From NCBI GenBank assembly GCA_947595215.1, contig CANQEO010000003.1, forward strand, positions 5,755 to 69,754: a stretch of DNA of 64,000 bases. Reading direction: 5' to 3'. Shown piece after piece: positions 55,175 to 64,000 of the stretch (position 1 is its first letter; the number at the start of each line of letters is the position of its first letter). A program made the position numbers and the translations under genes. Below the pieces are notes generated by a model. That model searched no databases. It was not told the DNA's origin and saw only the letters and a program-made list of their open reading frames with translations. The stretch is from an uncultured Bacilli bacterium (GTDB lineage Bacteria > Bacillota_I > Bacilli_A > RFN20 > CAG-449).

Positions 55175-56246
55175 AAATTTAAGATTAGTTAATTATCGAA
55201 ATTACGAAGACATAATTGTAAATTTCGAAAAAGGTCTTAACGCCCTAATCGGTGAAAATGGAAGTGGCAAAACAAATGCTGTAGAAGCGATAGCTTATAT
55301 GGCTTTGATGAGATCATTTCGCGGTAATGAAGAAAGTTCCTTGATCAGATTTAAAGCACCATATGCGATAATTGAAGCGAAGGTAAGAAATGATAGATTT
55401 ACTAAAGAGATTCGTATCGTTTTAAACTCAGAAGGTAAACTTATAACATTAGATCAAAATAACATTAAGAAACTTTCCGATTTCAGCGGTGAAGTTAGGG
55501 TGGTATCGTTCATTCCGGAAGATGTCGCTTTATTCAGAGATTCACCTAAGGAACGAAGACAACTAATTGACCAAACAATCGCTTCGCTAGATAAGGTGTA
55601 TCTTCAAGCGTTAACTACATTTAGAAATTTAATTAAAAATCGAAATGCGCTTCTAAAAGAAAGTGATTATGATGAAATGATGATTGAAGTAATCACCAAA
55701 CAAATGATTGAACCTCAATATATCGTTGAAACAAAACGCGTGAAGTTTATCGAAGACATCAATGGAATAATTCAAAGTATCTATAACTCATTGAGCGGTG
55801 AAGAACATCAAGTTGAATTAGTTCATAAAGGACTATTAGAAAAATTTGATTCTTATGAAATGTTTAAAAAAGAATTAAACGCTCGTTATAAACGCGATAC
55901 AGAGACTGATATGAAACGAAAAGTTACTTCGACGGGAATTCATAAGGACGATGTTATTATGCTCCTGGATGGGTGTGAAATCGCTTCGTACGGCTCGCAA
56001 GGACAAAATCGATTAGCAATTCTGGCTTTAAAGATAGCGCTAGCAAGAATTGTTAAAATTAAAAGTGGTGAGGATCCTATTTTGATCTTTGATGATGTAA
56101 TGTCGGAATTAGATCGAAAAAGACGTGAGAATCTCGCAAATCTGTTGAATGAAATGGAACAGGTATTTATAACTAGTGTCAAAATGGAAATTAAAAATGG
56201 TGCTCTATACGATGTAGCACTTGATAAGATAACAAGGAGGATCTAA
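55164..56246 (+). CDS. recF: DNA replication and repair protein RecF
   Basis: 360 aa with LRLVNYRNY, Walker [10 protein letters not shown] and the ABC signature SQGQNR. Confidence 0.95.
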   Translation: MWIENLRLVNYRNYEDIIVNFEKGLNALIGENGSGKTNAVEAIAYMALMRSFRGNEESSLIRFKAPYAIIEAKVRNDRFTKEIRIVLNSEGKLITLDQNNIKKLSDFSGEVRVVSFIPEDVALFRDSPKERRQLIDQTIASLDKVYLQALTTFRNLIKNRNALLKESDYDEMMIEVITKQMIEPQYIVETKRVKFIEDINGIIQSIYNSLSGEEHQVELVHKGLLEKFDSYEMFKKELNARYKRDTETDMKRKVTSTGIHKDDVIMLLDGCEIASYGSQGQNRLAILALKIALARIVKIKSGEDPILIFDDVMSELDRKRRENLANLLNEMEQVFITSVKMEIKNGALYDVALDKITRRI

Positions 56247-56248
56247 CG

Positions 56249-58222
56249 ATGGAAAATGATGAATTAGAAAAAGAAACGCATAGTTTTATTCCGGAAGATG
56301 AAAAAGCTGATGCAAATTATACGGAAGAAAACATTCAAGTTCTTGAAGGATTAGAAGCGGTTCGTAAAAGACCCGGTATGTATATCGGTACTACATCTGA
56401 AGCCGGATTACATCATTGCGTTTGGGAAATTGTAGATAATGCGATAGATGAGGCGTTAGCAGGTTATTGTGATACTATTCACGTTACTATTAATAAAGGT
56501 GAATCGGTAACGGTTAAAGATAACGGCCGTGGTATTCCGGTCGGTATTCATGAAAAGACCGGTAAATCCGCAGTTGAAACTGTTTATACCATCTTGCACG
56601 CTGGTGGTAAGTTCGGTGAAGGCGGAGGATATAAAGTTTCTGGTGGTCTTCATGGTGTTGGTGCATCTGTTGTTAACGCATTATCGGAATGGTTAGAAAT
56701 CAAAGTTCATAAAGATGGTGGAATCTATTTTATTCGGTTTGAACATGGTGGCCACACAGTTGAACCATTAAAGAGAATCGGAGATTGTGAAGATACAGGT
56801 ACCATCGTTACTTTTAAACCGGATCCAACAATTTTTAAAGATACTATTGTTTTTAATTACCAAACTATTCGTGATCGTATTCGCCAAATGGCATTCTTGA
56901 ATAAAGGTGTAAGAATTATTTTAGTTGACGCACGTAATGAAGAAGAAATCAAAGAAGAGTTTTGCTATGCTGGAGGTGTTAAGGAATACGTTCAATACTT
57001 AAATCGTAACAAAATTCCAATGAGTGAAGATGTCATTTATTGTGAAGGTAAAGAAGATGGAATTACAGTTGAAATTGCAATGCAATATAACGATTCATAT
57101 GTTCCTGCGATTTATTCTTTCTGTAATAACATCAATACTCATGATGGTGGTATGCACGAAGATGGTTTTAAATTAGCTTTAACGCGTGTTATTAATAATT
57201 ACGCTCGTAATAATAAACTTCTAAAAGATAATGAAGAATCGGTCACTAGCGATGACTGTCGTGAGGGTTTAACAGCAGTTATCTCAATTAAACACCCAGA
57301 TCCTCAATATGAAGGACAAACTAAGGGAAAATTGGGTAACTCAGAAGTTCGTAAAATCACATCTTCGGTTTTTGGAGCTCAATTAGAACGTTTTATGAAC
57401 GAGAATCCGAAGATCTCTAAATTGATTATCGATAAAGTTATACTGGCTGCAAATGCACGTCAAGCAGCTAAAGCAGCGCGTGAAAATACGAGAAGAAAGA
57501 GTGTTTTAGAAATTACCTCTTTACCGGGAAAACTTGCAGATTGTGCTTCTAAAGACGCTGAAAAATGCGAATTATTTATCGTAGAGGGAGACTCAGCTGG
57601 TGGTTCAGCTAAAAATGGACGTGATCGTGAAACACAAGCGATTATGCCACTTCGCGGTAAGATTTTAAATGTTGAAAAAGCTCTTCCAAAGAGGGTCTTC
57701 GCCAATGCTGAAATCGGCAATATGATTATCGCAATTGGTGGTGGTTTTGGGGCAGATTTTGATGTTAGTAAAATTCGTTATCATAAAATCGTTATCATGA
57801 CTGATGCTGATGTCGATGGCTCTCATATTAGAATTCTTCTATTAACGTTCTTCTATCGTTACATGAAACCACTTATCGAACAAGGATATGTTTATATCGC
57901 ACAACCACCTCTTTACAAAGCTTCTCGTGGTAACAAAGACTACTATTGCTATAATGATGAGCAATTAGAGGTATTAAAACAAAAATTAGGACCAGCGGCT
58001 AAGTCACTTAAACTACAACGTTATAAAGGTCTTGGTGAAATGGATGCCATTCAACTTTGGGAAACCACAATGGATCCAGAAAAGCGCAAGATGATAAGAG
58101 TTAACTTATCAGATGTGATGGAAGCCGATCAAATCTTCGATGAACTGATGGGGGATCGTGTTGAACCACGTAAAGATTTCATTAAGAATAATGCGAAGTT
58201 CGTCAAGAATCTCGATATCTAG
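56249..58222 (+). CDS. gyrB: DNA gyrase subunit B
   Basis: 657 aa with [19 protein letters not shown], a GHKL ATPase domain, Toprim motifs EGDSAGG and [12 protein letters not shown], and a DxD motif (DADVDGSHI). Confidence 0.98.
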   Translation: MENDELEKETHSFIPEDEKADANYTEENIQVLEGLEAVRKRPGMYIGTTSEAGLHHCVWEIVDNAIDEALAGYCDTIHVTINKGESVTVKDNGRGIPVGIHEKTGKSAVETVYTILHAGGKFGEGGGYKVSGGLHGVGASVVNALSEWLEIKVHKDGGIYFIRFEHGGHTVEPLKRIGDCEDTGTIVTFKPDPTIFKDTIVFNYQTIRDRIRQMAFLNKGVRIILVDARNEEEIKEEFCYAGGVKEYVQYLNRNKIPMSEDVIYCEGKEDGITVEIAMQYNDSYVPAIYSFCNNINTHDGGMHEDGFKLALTRVINNYARNNKLLKDNEESVTSDDCREGLTAVISIKHPDPQYEGQTKGKLGNSEVRKITSSVFGAQLERFMNENPKISKLIIDKVILAANARQAAKAARENTRRKSVLEITSLPGKLADCASKDAEKCELFIVEGDSAGGSAKNGRDRETQAIMPLRGKILNVEKALPKRVFANAEIGNMIIAIGGGFGADFDVSKIRYHKIVIMTDADVDGSHIRILLLTFFYRYMKPLIEQGYVYIAQPPLYKASRGNKDYYCYNDEQLEVLKQKLGPAAKSLKLQRYKGLGEMDAIQLWETTMDPEKRKMIRVNLSDVMEADQIFDELMGDRVEPRKDFIKNNAKFVKNLDI

Positions 58223-58236
58223 GGGGGTAAATCAAA

Positions 58237-60837
58237 ATGGCAGATGAAAAGAATTTAAAAGAATTCATCGATGAAAATCTTAACGATGAAGAAAACTCTT
58301 CCGAAGAAGAAATGGTTAATGACGAACAAGAAGAAGTTGAAATTGATGATGAGACAATAGAAGGGATTGAAGAAGGTATCGTTCCAGGAATGAGTGAACG
58401 CGATCTCGCACAAGAGGTAAAAAATTCATTCTTAGATTATGCGATGTCTGTTATTGTTTCAAGAGCTTTACCAGATGTTAGAGATGGATTAAAACCAGTT
58501 CATCGTCGTATCATTTATGGTATGAATGAATTAGGCATGCAACCTGATAAACCTTATCGCAAATCAGCGAGAATCGTCGGTGACGTCATGGGTAAATATC
58601 ACCCACACGGAGACTCGGCAATTTACGGTTCTTTAGTTAGATTGGCTCAACCATTCTCAATTAGATATACTCTAGTTGATGGACATGGTAACTTCGGCTC
58701 TATCGATGGTGATGGAGCCGCTGCTATGCGTTATACCGAAGCTAGAATGTCTAAAATTGCACTCGAAATGGTTCGCGATATTAATAAAGATACTGTCGAT
58801 TTTATGGATAACTATGATGGTGAAGAACAAGAACCGGTCGTCTTACCATCTCGTTTTCCAAATTTGTTAGTTAATGGTTCTTCCGGTATTGCGGTTGGTA
58901 TGGCTACAAATATTCCACCTCATAACTTAAGAGAGGTTATTAATGCAGTACAAGCGATAGCTAAAAATCCTGAATTAACACCACTTGAAATTATGAGTGA
59001 ATATTTAAGTGGACCGGATTTTCCAACCGGTGGCATTATTTTAGGTAGAGCGGGAATAAAAAAAGCATATGAAACAGGACAAGGTTCTATCGTTTTGCGT
59101 TCGCGCACTGAAATTCAAGAAATGCCAAATGGCAAAAAGAGAATTATTATTACCGAGATTCCATATCAAGTTAACAAATCCTTAATGGTTGATTCTATCG
59201 CAAAATTAGTTCGTGATAAAGTAATTGAAGGAATTACAGATATCCGCGATGAATCTAACAAACAAGGTATAAGAATAGTCATTGAACTTCGTAAAGATGT
59301 AATCGCTGAAGTAATTCTCAATCAATTATTTAAGAATACTCAATTGCAAGTTAGCTTTGGTATTATTAACCTTGCACTTGTTAATGGTGAACCGTTAATT
59401 CTTCCGATTAATGAATTATTAAAACATTATTTAAATCACCAATGCGAAGTCATCGAAAGAAGAACGCGTTTTGACTTAAATAAAGCGTTAGATCGTTTAC
59501 ATATTTTAGAAGGTCTATTAACTGCAATCGATTCGATTGATGCGGTTATTGAAATTATTAGAGGTTCCCAGACTTCAGATTTAGCAAAAGCACGTTTGAT
59601 GGAAACCTTCTCATTATCAGATGTTCAAGCAAAAGCGATTCTCGATATGAGATTAAATCGTTTAGTCGGATTAGAAAGAGACAAGATTGTCGATGAAATT
59701 AATTCCTTAAAAGCTGACATTGAAAGATATCGTTTAATCCTTTCCGATCATGAACACATCGTTAATCTCGTCGTTGAAGAATTAGAAGAAATTAAGCAAA
59801 AATTTGGCGATGAAAGAAAAACTGAAATAAACAACCATTTCATCTCAATCGACGATGAAGATTTAATTCCGGAAGATGATATTGTTATCACCTTAACTAC
59901 AAACGGATACATCAAAAGATTAGTTAGTGATACCTTCAAAGCACAAAATCGCGGTGGTCATGGTATTAAAGGTATGAATACTCATGAAGATGATGTCGTC
60001 GATAAGATTGTTTATGCGAAGACTCATACCGATTTGATGTTTTTTACTAATAGTGGTAAGGTTTATCGTCTTCGTGGGCATCAAGTTCCAGAATTTTCTA
60101 GAACTTCGAAAGGTTTACCGGTCGTCAATCTCTTGTCATTAGAAAAAGATGAAAAGGTAATGTCTATTATCTCGGTAGATTCATACGAAGAAGGAAAATA
60201 TCTTTTCTTTGCAACTAAAAAAGGTGTCGTTAAGAGGGTTTCCTTGATGGAATTTGAATTAATTCGTCAAAATGGTAAAAAAGCGATTACCATGCGTGAA
60301 GAAGATGAGTTATTAGGTGTTAAATTAACTGATGGTAATTGCTTAATTTCTATCTCTGCATCAAACGGTAAGATGGTTACTTTCAATGAAAATGATGTAC
60401 GTCCAATGGGAAGAAGTGCTTCTGGTGTCCGTGGTATGGATGTTCAAGATGCAGAAGCGGTGGGATTAACTACCTCTAAGGAAGGAAGTTATATCTTAGC
60501 TATTTCCACTAATGGTTATGGTAAGATGTCACCACTATCTGATTATCGTCTCACTTCTCGTGGAACTAAAGGTGTCATCACTATGAATATGACTGATAAG
60601 ACAGGTCAATTAGTAACCACCAAAGCCGTTAATGGTGATGAAGATGTTGTCGTTATCACCAAAGCGGGTATTGTAATTAGGACAAAATTAAAACAAGTTT
60701 CAATCGCAGGTCGTAATACTCAAGGTGTTAAAATTATCCGTGTCGAAGAAAATGATTCCGTCTCATCTTTGGCTATCTTGGATGCTGAAGATGATATGGA
60801 AGAAATTGTTGCAGAAAACAATAGTGAGAATGAATAA
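58237..60837 (+). CDS. gyrA: DNA gyrase subunit A
   Basis: 866 aa with [17 protein letters not shown], the active-site region [10 protein letters not shown] and a GyrA-box beta-pinwheel C-terminal domain. A G6 RBS lies 9 nt upstream. Confidence 0.98.
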   Translation: MADEKNLKEFIDENLNDEENSSEEEMVNDEQEEVEIDDETIEGIEEGIVPGMSERDLAQEVKNSFLDYAMSVIVSRALPDVRDGLKPVHRRIIYGMNELGMQPDKPYRKSARIVGDVMGKYHPHGDSAIYGSLVRLAQPFSIRYTLVDGHGNFGSIDGDGAAAMRYTEARMSKIALEMVRDINKDTVDFMDNYDGEEQEPVVLPSRFPNLLVNGSSGIAVGMATNIPPHNLREVINAVQAIAKNPELTPLEIMSEYLSGPDFPTGGIILGRAGIKKAYETGQGSIVLRSRTEIQEMPNGKKRIIITEIPYQVNKSLMVDSIAKLVRDKVIEGITDIRDESNKQGIRIVIELRKDVIAEVILNQLFKNTQLQVSFGIINLALVNGEPLILPINELLKHYLNHQCEVIERRTRFDLNKALDRLHILEGLLTAIDSIDAVIEIIRGSQTSDLAKARLMETFSLSDVQAKAILDMRLNRLVGLERDKIVDEINSLKADIERYRLILSDHEHIVNLVVEELEEIKQKFGDERKTEINNHFISIDDEDLIPEDDIVITLTTNGYIKRLVSDTFKAQNRGGHGIKGMNTHEDDVVDKIVYAKTHTDLMFFTNSGKVYRLRGHQVPEFSRTSKGLPVVNLLSLEKDEKVMSIISVDSYEEGKYLFFATKKGVVKRVSLMEFELIRQNGKKAITMREEDELLGVKLTDGNCLISISASNGKMVTFNENDVRPMGRSASGVRGMDVQDAEAVGLTTSKEGSYILAISTNGYGKMSPLSDYRLTSRGTKGVITMNMTDKTGQLVTTKAVNGDEDVVVITKAGIVIRTKLKQVSIAGRNTQGVKIIRVEENDSVSSLAILDAEDDMEEIVAENNSENE

Positions 60838-60839
60838 AC

Positions 60840-61847
60840 ATGAAAATTCTTCTATATTTAGGACCTCGTAAAAAGCCTGATGTTGTCGAAGAACGCATAT
60901 ATCGTAATTTGCGCTTAATGATTGAAATTTTAGGCTTTGAATATACAAACAATTCTGAAGATATATTTGATGTTGCTCACTTTATTTCAGTAAACGATAT
61001 CGATGTGATCAATAAAGTAAGAGAATTACAAATACCGATTGTTTTTAGTGGTTTAAATGATACAAAAACCATTAAAGTTCAAGTTGCTAAAGAGGGAAAT
61101 AAACTTCCGGGATCATTGAAAACAGCTATTTCAAAAGTTAATATGGTAATCGTTCCTTCGGATGAGATTGAAAAAATTCTTATTGAAAACAAAGTTGAGA
61201 CACCATCTAAAGTTTTAAGTCCTGGAATCTCATATAAACTTTTTGATAAGATGACAGAACTTGAAAAAACATCGTTTTTAAAATATGCGGGATTACAAGA
61301 AAGCGATCGTTTTTGTGTTGGAATGATTTCCCCAAAGTATATCGAAGATTTAGAAAATTATAGTTTGATAGCAAGTAAATTTCCACGTCTTCAATTCTAT
61401 CTTTTCGGAGAAAAACCAAAGCGAAGTTTCTTTAAAAGAAAAATAAATAAGGTTCTTGATTCACTTCCTAGCAATTTGCATTTAAAAGGTAATGTCGATG
61501 AAGATCTATTTAAATCGGCATTAGTATATTCGCAAGCGTTTCTGATTTTATCTGAGCGCTATGTTTCAGTAGAAACGATTTTAGAAGCGATGATTACTAA
61601 TTGTCAAATTATTACTTTTAAGAGCAAAATCTATAATGAGATATTGATTGATAATGTAACTTCAATCAACGTGGAAACAATGGAAGAAATGGTTGAAAAA
61701 GTGGCTAATATCAATGACAATAGCATAGTTGATTTAAAAAATACAGTTAATGATTTTCTTGAGAAACATTTGCTCGATAACATTGCTTTAAAATTAAAAG
61801 AAATTTACGAAAACGTGGTTATTGAGAAAGAAAAGATTGAAAAGTAG
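60840..61847 (+). CDS. Divergent GT-B (GT4-like) glycosyltransferase-like protein, function unknown
   Basis: 335 aa. The C-terminal half has the Glycos_transf_1 layout (FCVGMISPKY.., LFGEKP.., LKGNVDEDLFKSALVYSQAFLILSERYVSVETILEAM). Glu spacing does not give a clean E-x7-E. The ATG is 2 nt after the gyrA stop codon. Confidence 0.45.
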   Translation: MKILLYLGPRKKPDVVEERIYRNLRLMIEILGFEYTNNSEDIFDVAHFISVNDIDVINKVRELQIPIVFSGLNDTKTIKVQVAKEGNKLPGSLKTAISKVNMVIVPSDEIEKILIENKVETPSKVLSPGISYKLFDKMTELEKTSFLKYAGLQESDRFCVGMISPKYIEDLENYSLIASKFPRLQFYLFGEKPKRSFFKRKINKVLDSLPSNLHLKGNVDEDLFKSALVYSQAFLILSERYVSVETILEAMITNCQIITFKSKIYNEILIDNVTSINVETMEEMVEKVANINDNSIVDLKNTVNDFLEKHLLDNIALKLKEIYENVVIEKEKIEK

Positions 61848-61894
61848 TAAATATCGACATACAATAAATTTGTTTGAAGAACGGACTAAGTAGA

Positions 61895-62090
61895 CAAAAA
61901 ATCGCAGATTATAGAGAGTTAGCAATTTGGTGAAAGCTATCGAAACGATGTCGAAATCCATCCGGGAGAACGAAACGAAAGTTTCCGTTGGTAGCGTTAA
62001 TACCTTAATGAAGAGACATTCAAATTTAGAATGTAACTTGGGTGGCAACACGGTAAATCGTCCCTTGAAAAAGGGACTTTTATATTTTTA
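61895..62090 (+). promoter_or_regulatory. T-box riboswitch leader of serS (Ser specifier)
   Basis: AGAGAG box at 61913-61918; GGTGAAAG distal-loop box at 61929-61936; GAAA-TCC-A specifier with TCC at 61957-61959; T-box sequence AACTTGGGTGGCAACACGG at 62035-62053; terminator GTCCCTT-gaaaa-AGGGAC plus T run at 62060-62085. Confidence 0.85.
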
Positions 62091-62103
62091 GGAGGATATT
62101 ATT

Positions 62104-63381
62104 ATGTTAGATATCAAGTTTGTAAGAGAAAATCCTGATCTTGTAAAGGAAAATATCAAGAAAAAATTTCAAGATCAAAAACTTCCGCTTGTCGATGAAG
62201 TGATTGAATTAGATCGCAAGATTCGTGCTTTAAAAAATGAAGGTGGAGATTTGCGTGCTGAAAGAAATACATCTTCAGGTAAAATTGGTCTTTTAATGAG
62301 GAATAAAGAACTTGAAGAAGTCGAAAAAATTAAAAAGAGAGTTATCGAAATCAATGAACGCTTAGTTGGAATCGAAGAAGAAGAAACAAGATTATCAGAA
62401 GAACTTAAAAAGAGAATGATGGTTATTCCAAACATTATTGATCCAAGCGTTCCAATCGGAAAGGATGATAGTGAAAATGTTGAAGTTAAACGTTTCTTAG
62501 AACCAAAAGTTCCTGATTTTGATATTCCCTATCATCTCGATATCTTAGAAAAAGTTAATGGTATTGATTTAGATAGCGCTCGTAAAGTGGCGGGCAATGG
62601 TTTCTATTATTTAAAAGGAAATATCGCACGTTTACACTCCGCGGTTATCACATACGCTCGTGATTTTATGATCAACAAAGGTTTCACTTATTACATTCCA
62701 CCTTTTATGATTAGAAGCAATGTCGTAACAGGTGTTATGAGTTTTGTAGAAATGGAACAAATGATGTATAAAATCGAAGGTGAAGATTTATATCTTATCG
62801 GTACTAGTGAGCACTCAATGATCGGTAAATTTATCGATACAATTCTCGAGAAAAATGAGTTACCATATACTTTAACTTCTTATTCACCATGCTTCAGAAA
62901 AGAAAAAGGCGCTCATGGTATTGAAGAAAGAGGAATTTATCGTATTCATCAATTTGAAAAACAAGAAATGATAGTGGTGTGTGAACCAGAACAATCTAAA
63001 GAGTGGTTTGAAAAACTTTATTCATATACTGTTGAATTGTTTGTGAGCATGAATATACCTGTCAGGACATTAGAATGCTGTAGTGGTGATCTTGCCGACT
63101 TAAAAGTTAAATCGATCGATGTTGAAGCATGGTCTCCGCGTCAAAAGAAATACTTCGAAGTTGGAAGCTGCTCAAACTTGGGAGATGCCCAAGCACGTCG
63201 TTTAGGTATTAGAATTAAAGGTGAAAAAGGTAATTATTACGCTCATACTTTAAATAATACTGTAGTTGCGCCACCAAGAATGTTAATTGCTCTTATTGAG
63301 AACCATTTAAATCCAGATGGATCAATTAATATTCCGGAAGTTTTACGTCCATATATGGGGGGACTAGAAGTTATTAAATAA
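62104..63381 (+). CDS. serS: Serine--tRNA ligase
   Basis: 425 aa with an N-terminal coiled-coil arm and class II motifs (FRKEKGAHG, GSCSN..). AGGAGG RBS. Confidence 0.97.
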   Translation: MLDIKFVRENPDLVKENIKKKFQDQKLPLVDEVIELDRKIRALKNEGGDLRAERNTSSGKIGLLMRNKELEEVEKIKKRVIEINERLVGIEEEETRLSEELKKRMMVIPNIIDPSVPIGKDDSENVEVKRFLEPKVPDFDIPYHLDILEKVNGIDLDSARKVAGNGFYYLKGNIARLHSAVITYARDFMINKGFTYYIPPFMIRSNVVTGVMSFVEMEQMMYKIEGEDLYLIGTSEHSMIGKFIDTILEKNELPYTLTSYSPCFRKEKGAHGIEERGIYRIHQFEKQEMIVVCEPEQSKEWFEKLYSYTVELFVSMNIPVRTLECCSGDLADLKVKSIDVEAWSPRQKKYFEVGSCSNLGDAQARRLGIRIKGEKGNYYAHTLNNTVVAPPRMLIALIENHLNPDGSINIPEVLRPYMGGLEVIK

Positions 63382-63420
63382 AAACTTTTAAAAATCAAAA
63401 ACTTTTAGTATAATAATAAT

Positions 63421-63503
63421 GCCATCGCGATTCACGGAGATGAACCAGGTCAGGACCGGGAGGTAGCAGCCTTAAGTTGTTCGTGAGTGTGCGGTGGTTT
63501 TTT
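63421..63503 (+). ncRNA. ffs: Small (4.5S-type) signal recognition particle RNA
   Basis: Domain IV core CCAGGTCAGGACC-GGGA-GGTAGCAGCC with a GNRA tetraloop. The terminal helix GCCATCGC / GCGGTGGT closes the molecule. TATAAT lies at 63409-63414 and a T7 tail at 63499-63505. Confidence 0.8.
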
Positions 63504-63514
63504 TGGAGAATTAA

Positions 63515-63970
63515 ATGAATCAAGATGAAAAATTCATGAAAGCAGCTTTAATAGAAGCGAAGAAAGCTTTCGAGAAGGATGAAGTTCCCGTGGGTTGTGT
63601 TATTGTAAAAGATGATAAAATAATCGCTCGAGGACATAATCTTAGAGAAAGAACTTCATCAGCGATTAAACACGCTGAAATAGTAGCGATTGAAAAGGCT
63701 AATCGAAAACTAAAAAGTTGGCGTTTAATTGATTGTACGCTTTATGTAACATTAGAACCTTGTCCGATGTGTGCGGGAGCGATATTTTTATCGCGTATTA
63801 TGCGAGTTGTATATGCTGCTCCTGATTCTAAAGGCGGAGTACTCAATGACGAATTTAATATGTATGAACAAAAGTTTGTCAATCATCGACCTATGATTGA
63901 TCGTGATATTTTAAAAGAAGAGGCGGAAACACTCATAAAAAATTATTTTAAAAACAAAAGAAAAGTATAA
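63515..63970 (+). CDS. tadA: tRNA adenosine(34) deaminase
   Basis: 151 aa with the CDA zinc motifs HAE and PCPMCAGA. Confidence 0.95.
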   Translation: MNQDEKFMKAALIEAKKAFEKDEVPVGCVIVKDDKIIARGHNLRERTSSAIKHAEIVAIEKANRKLKSWRLIDCTLYVTLEPCPMCAGAIFLSRIMRVVYAAPDSKGGVLNDEFNMYEQKFVNHRPMIDRDILKEEAETLIKNYFKNKRKV

Positions 63971-64000
63971 ATTTTGGTAATAATAAGTCATGGGTGATAA

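Noticed and set aside
61794-62051. 85-aa minus-strand ORF across the gyrA-distal spacer.
   Set aside because: The region is fully explained by the plus-strand serS T-box leader. The ORF has no RBS and a hydrophobic, low-complexity translation.

Overview
This is the chromosomal replication-origin region of a low-GC Firmicute. It uses the standard genetic code: TGA ends rsmI, rnmV and the DUF368 gene. The core layout is rpmH-rnpA-yidC-jag on the minus strand, a dense DnaA-box cluster at about 51.8-52.1 kb, then dnaA-dnaN-yaaA-recF-gyrB-gyrA on the plus strand. These are followed by a T-box-controlled serS, a short SRP RNA and tadA. Left of oriC almost everything is on the minus strand, co-directional with the leftward fork. 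In order moving away from oriC these genes are: mnmE, tatD, rnmV, rsmA, yabG, ispE, a decayed glmU, prs, pth, mfd, spoVT, yabO, yabP, yabQ, divIC, spoIIE, tilS, ftsH, dusB, lysS, a short ClpC-like ATPase, rpsF-ssb-rpsR, an orphan acidic lipoprotein, gdpP-rplI-dnaB-yycJ-rlmH and a YfhO-family protein. Two plus-strand blocks interrupt this pattern: dnaX-ybaB-recR-tmk-holB-ricT-rsmI at 2-5340, and a GPH transporter, DUF368-PAP2-rsuA and ppdK at 34.1-41.1 kb. Sporulation genes (spoIIE, spoVT, yabP, yabQ, yabG) sit alongside reduction-type traits: an ~80-nt SRP RNA, a long lipoprotein YidC, gene relics, and no walRK, parAB or mnmG at their usual sites. That mix suggests an Erysipelotrichia-like or similarly streamlined spore-former lineage, but this is inference only. 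I saw no rRNA, tRNA, CRISPR array, transposase, integrase, phage gene or recognisable defence gene. The window is overwhelmingly housekeeping, and I cannot support a novel multi-gene system. The points most worth a second look are the truncated and degenerate GlmU relic, the M-domain-less ClpC-like ATPase, the DUF368-PAP2 lipid-carrier pair, the orphan acidic lipoprotein islet, the MATE gene relic with an intact-looking promoter, the divergent glycosyltransferase-like gene coupled to gyrA, and the fine structure of oriC.
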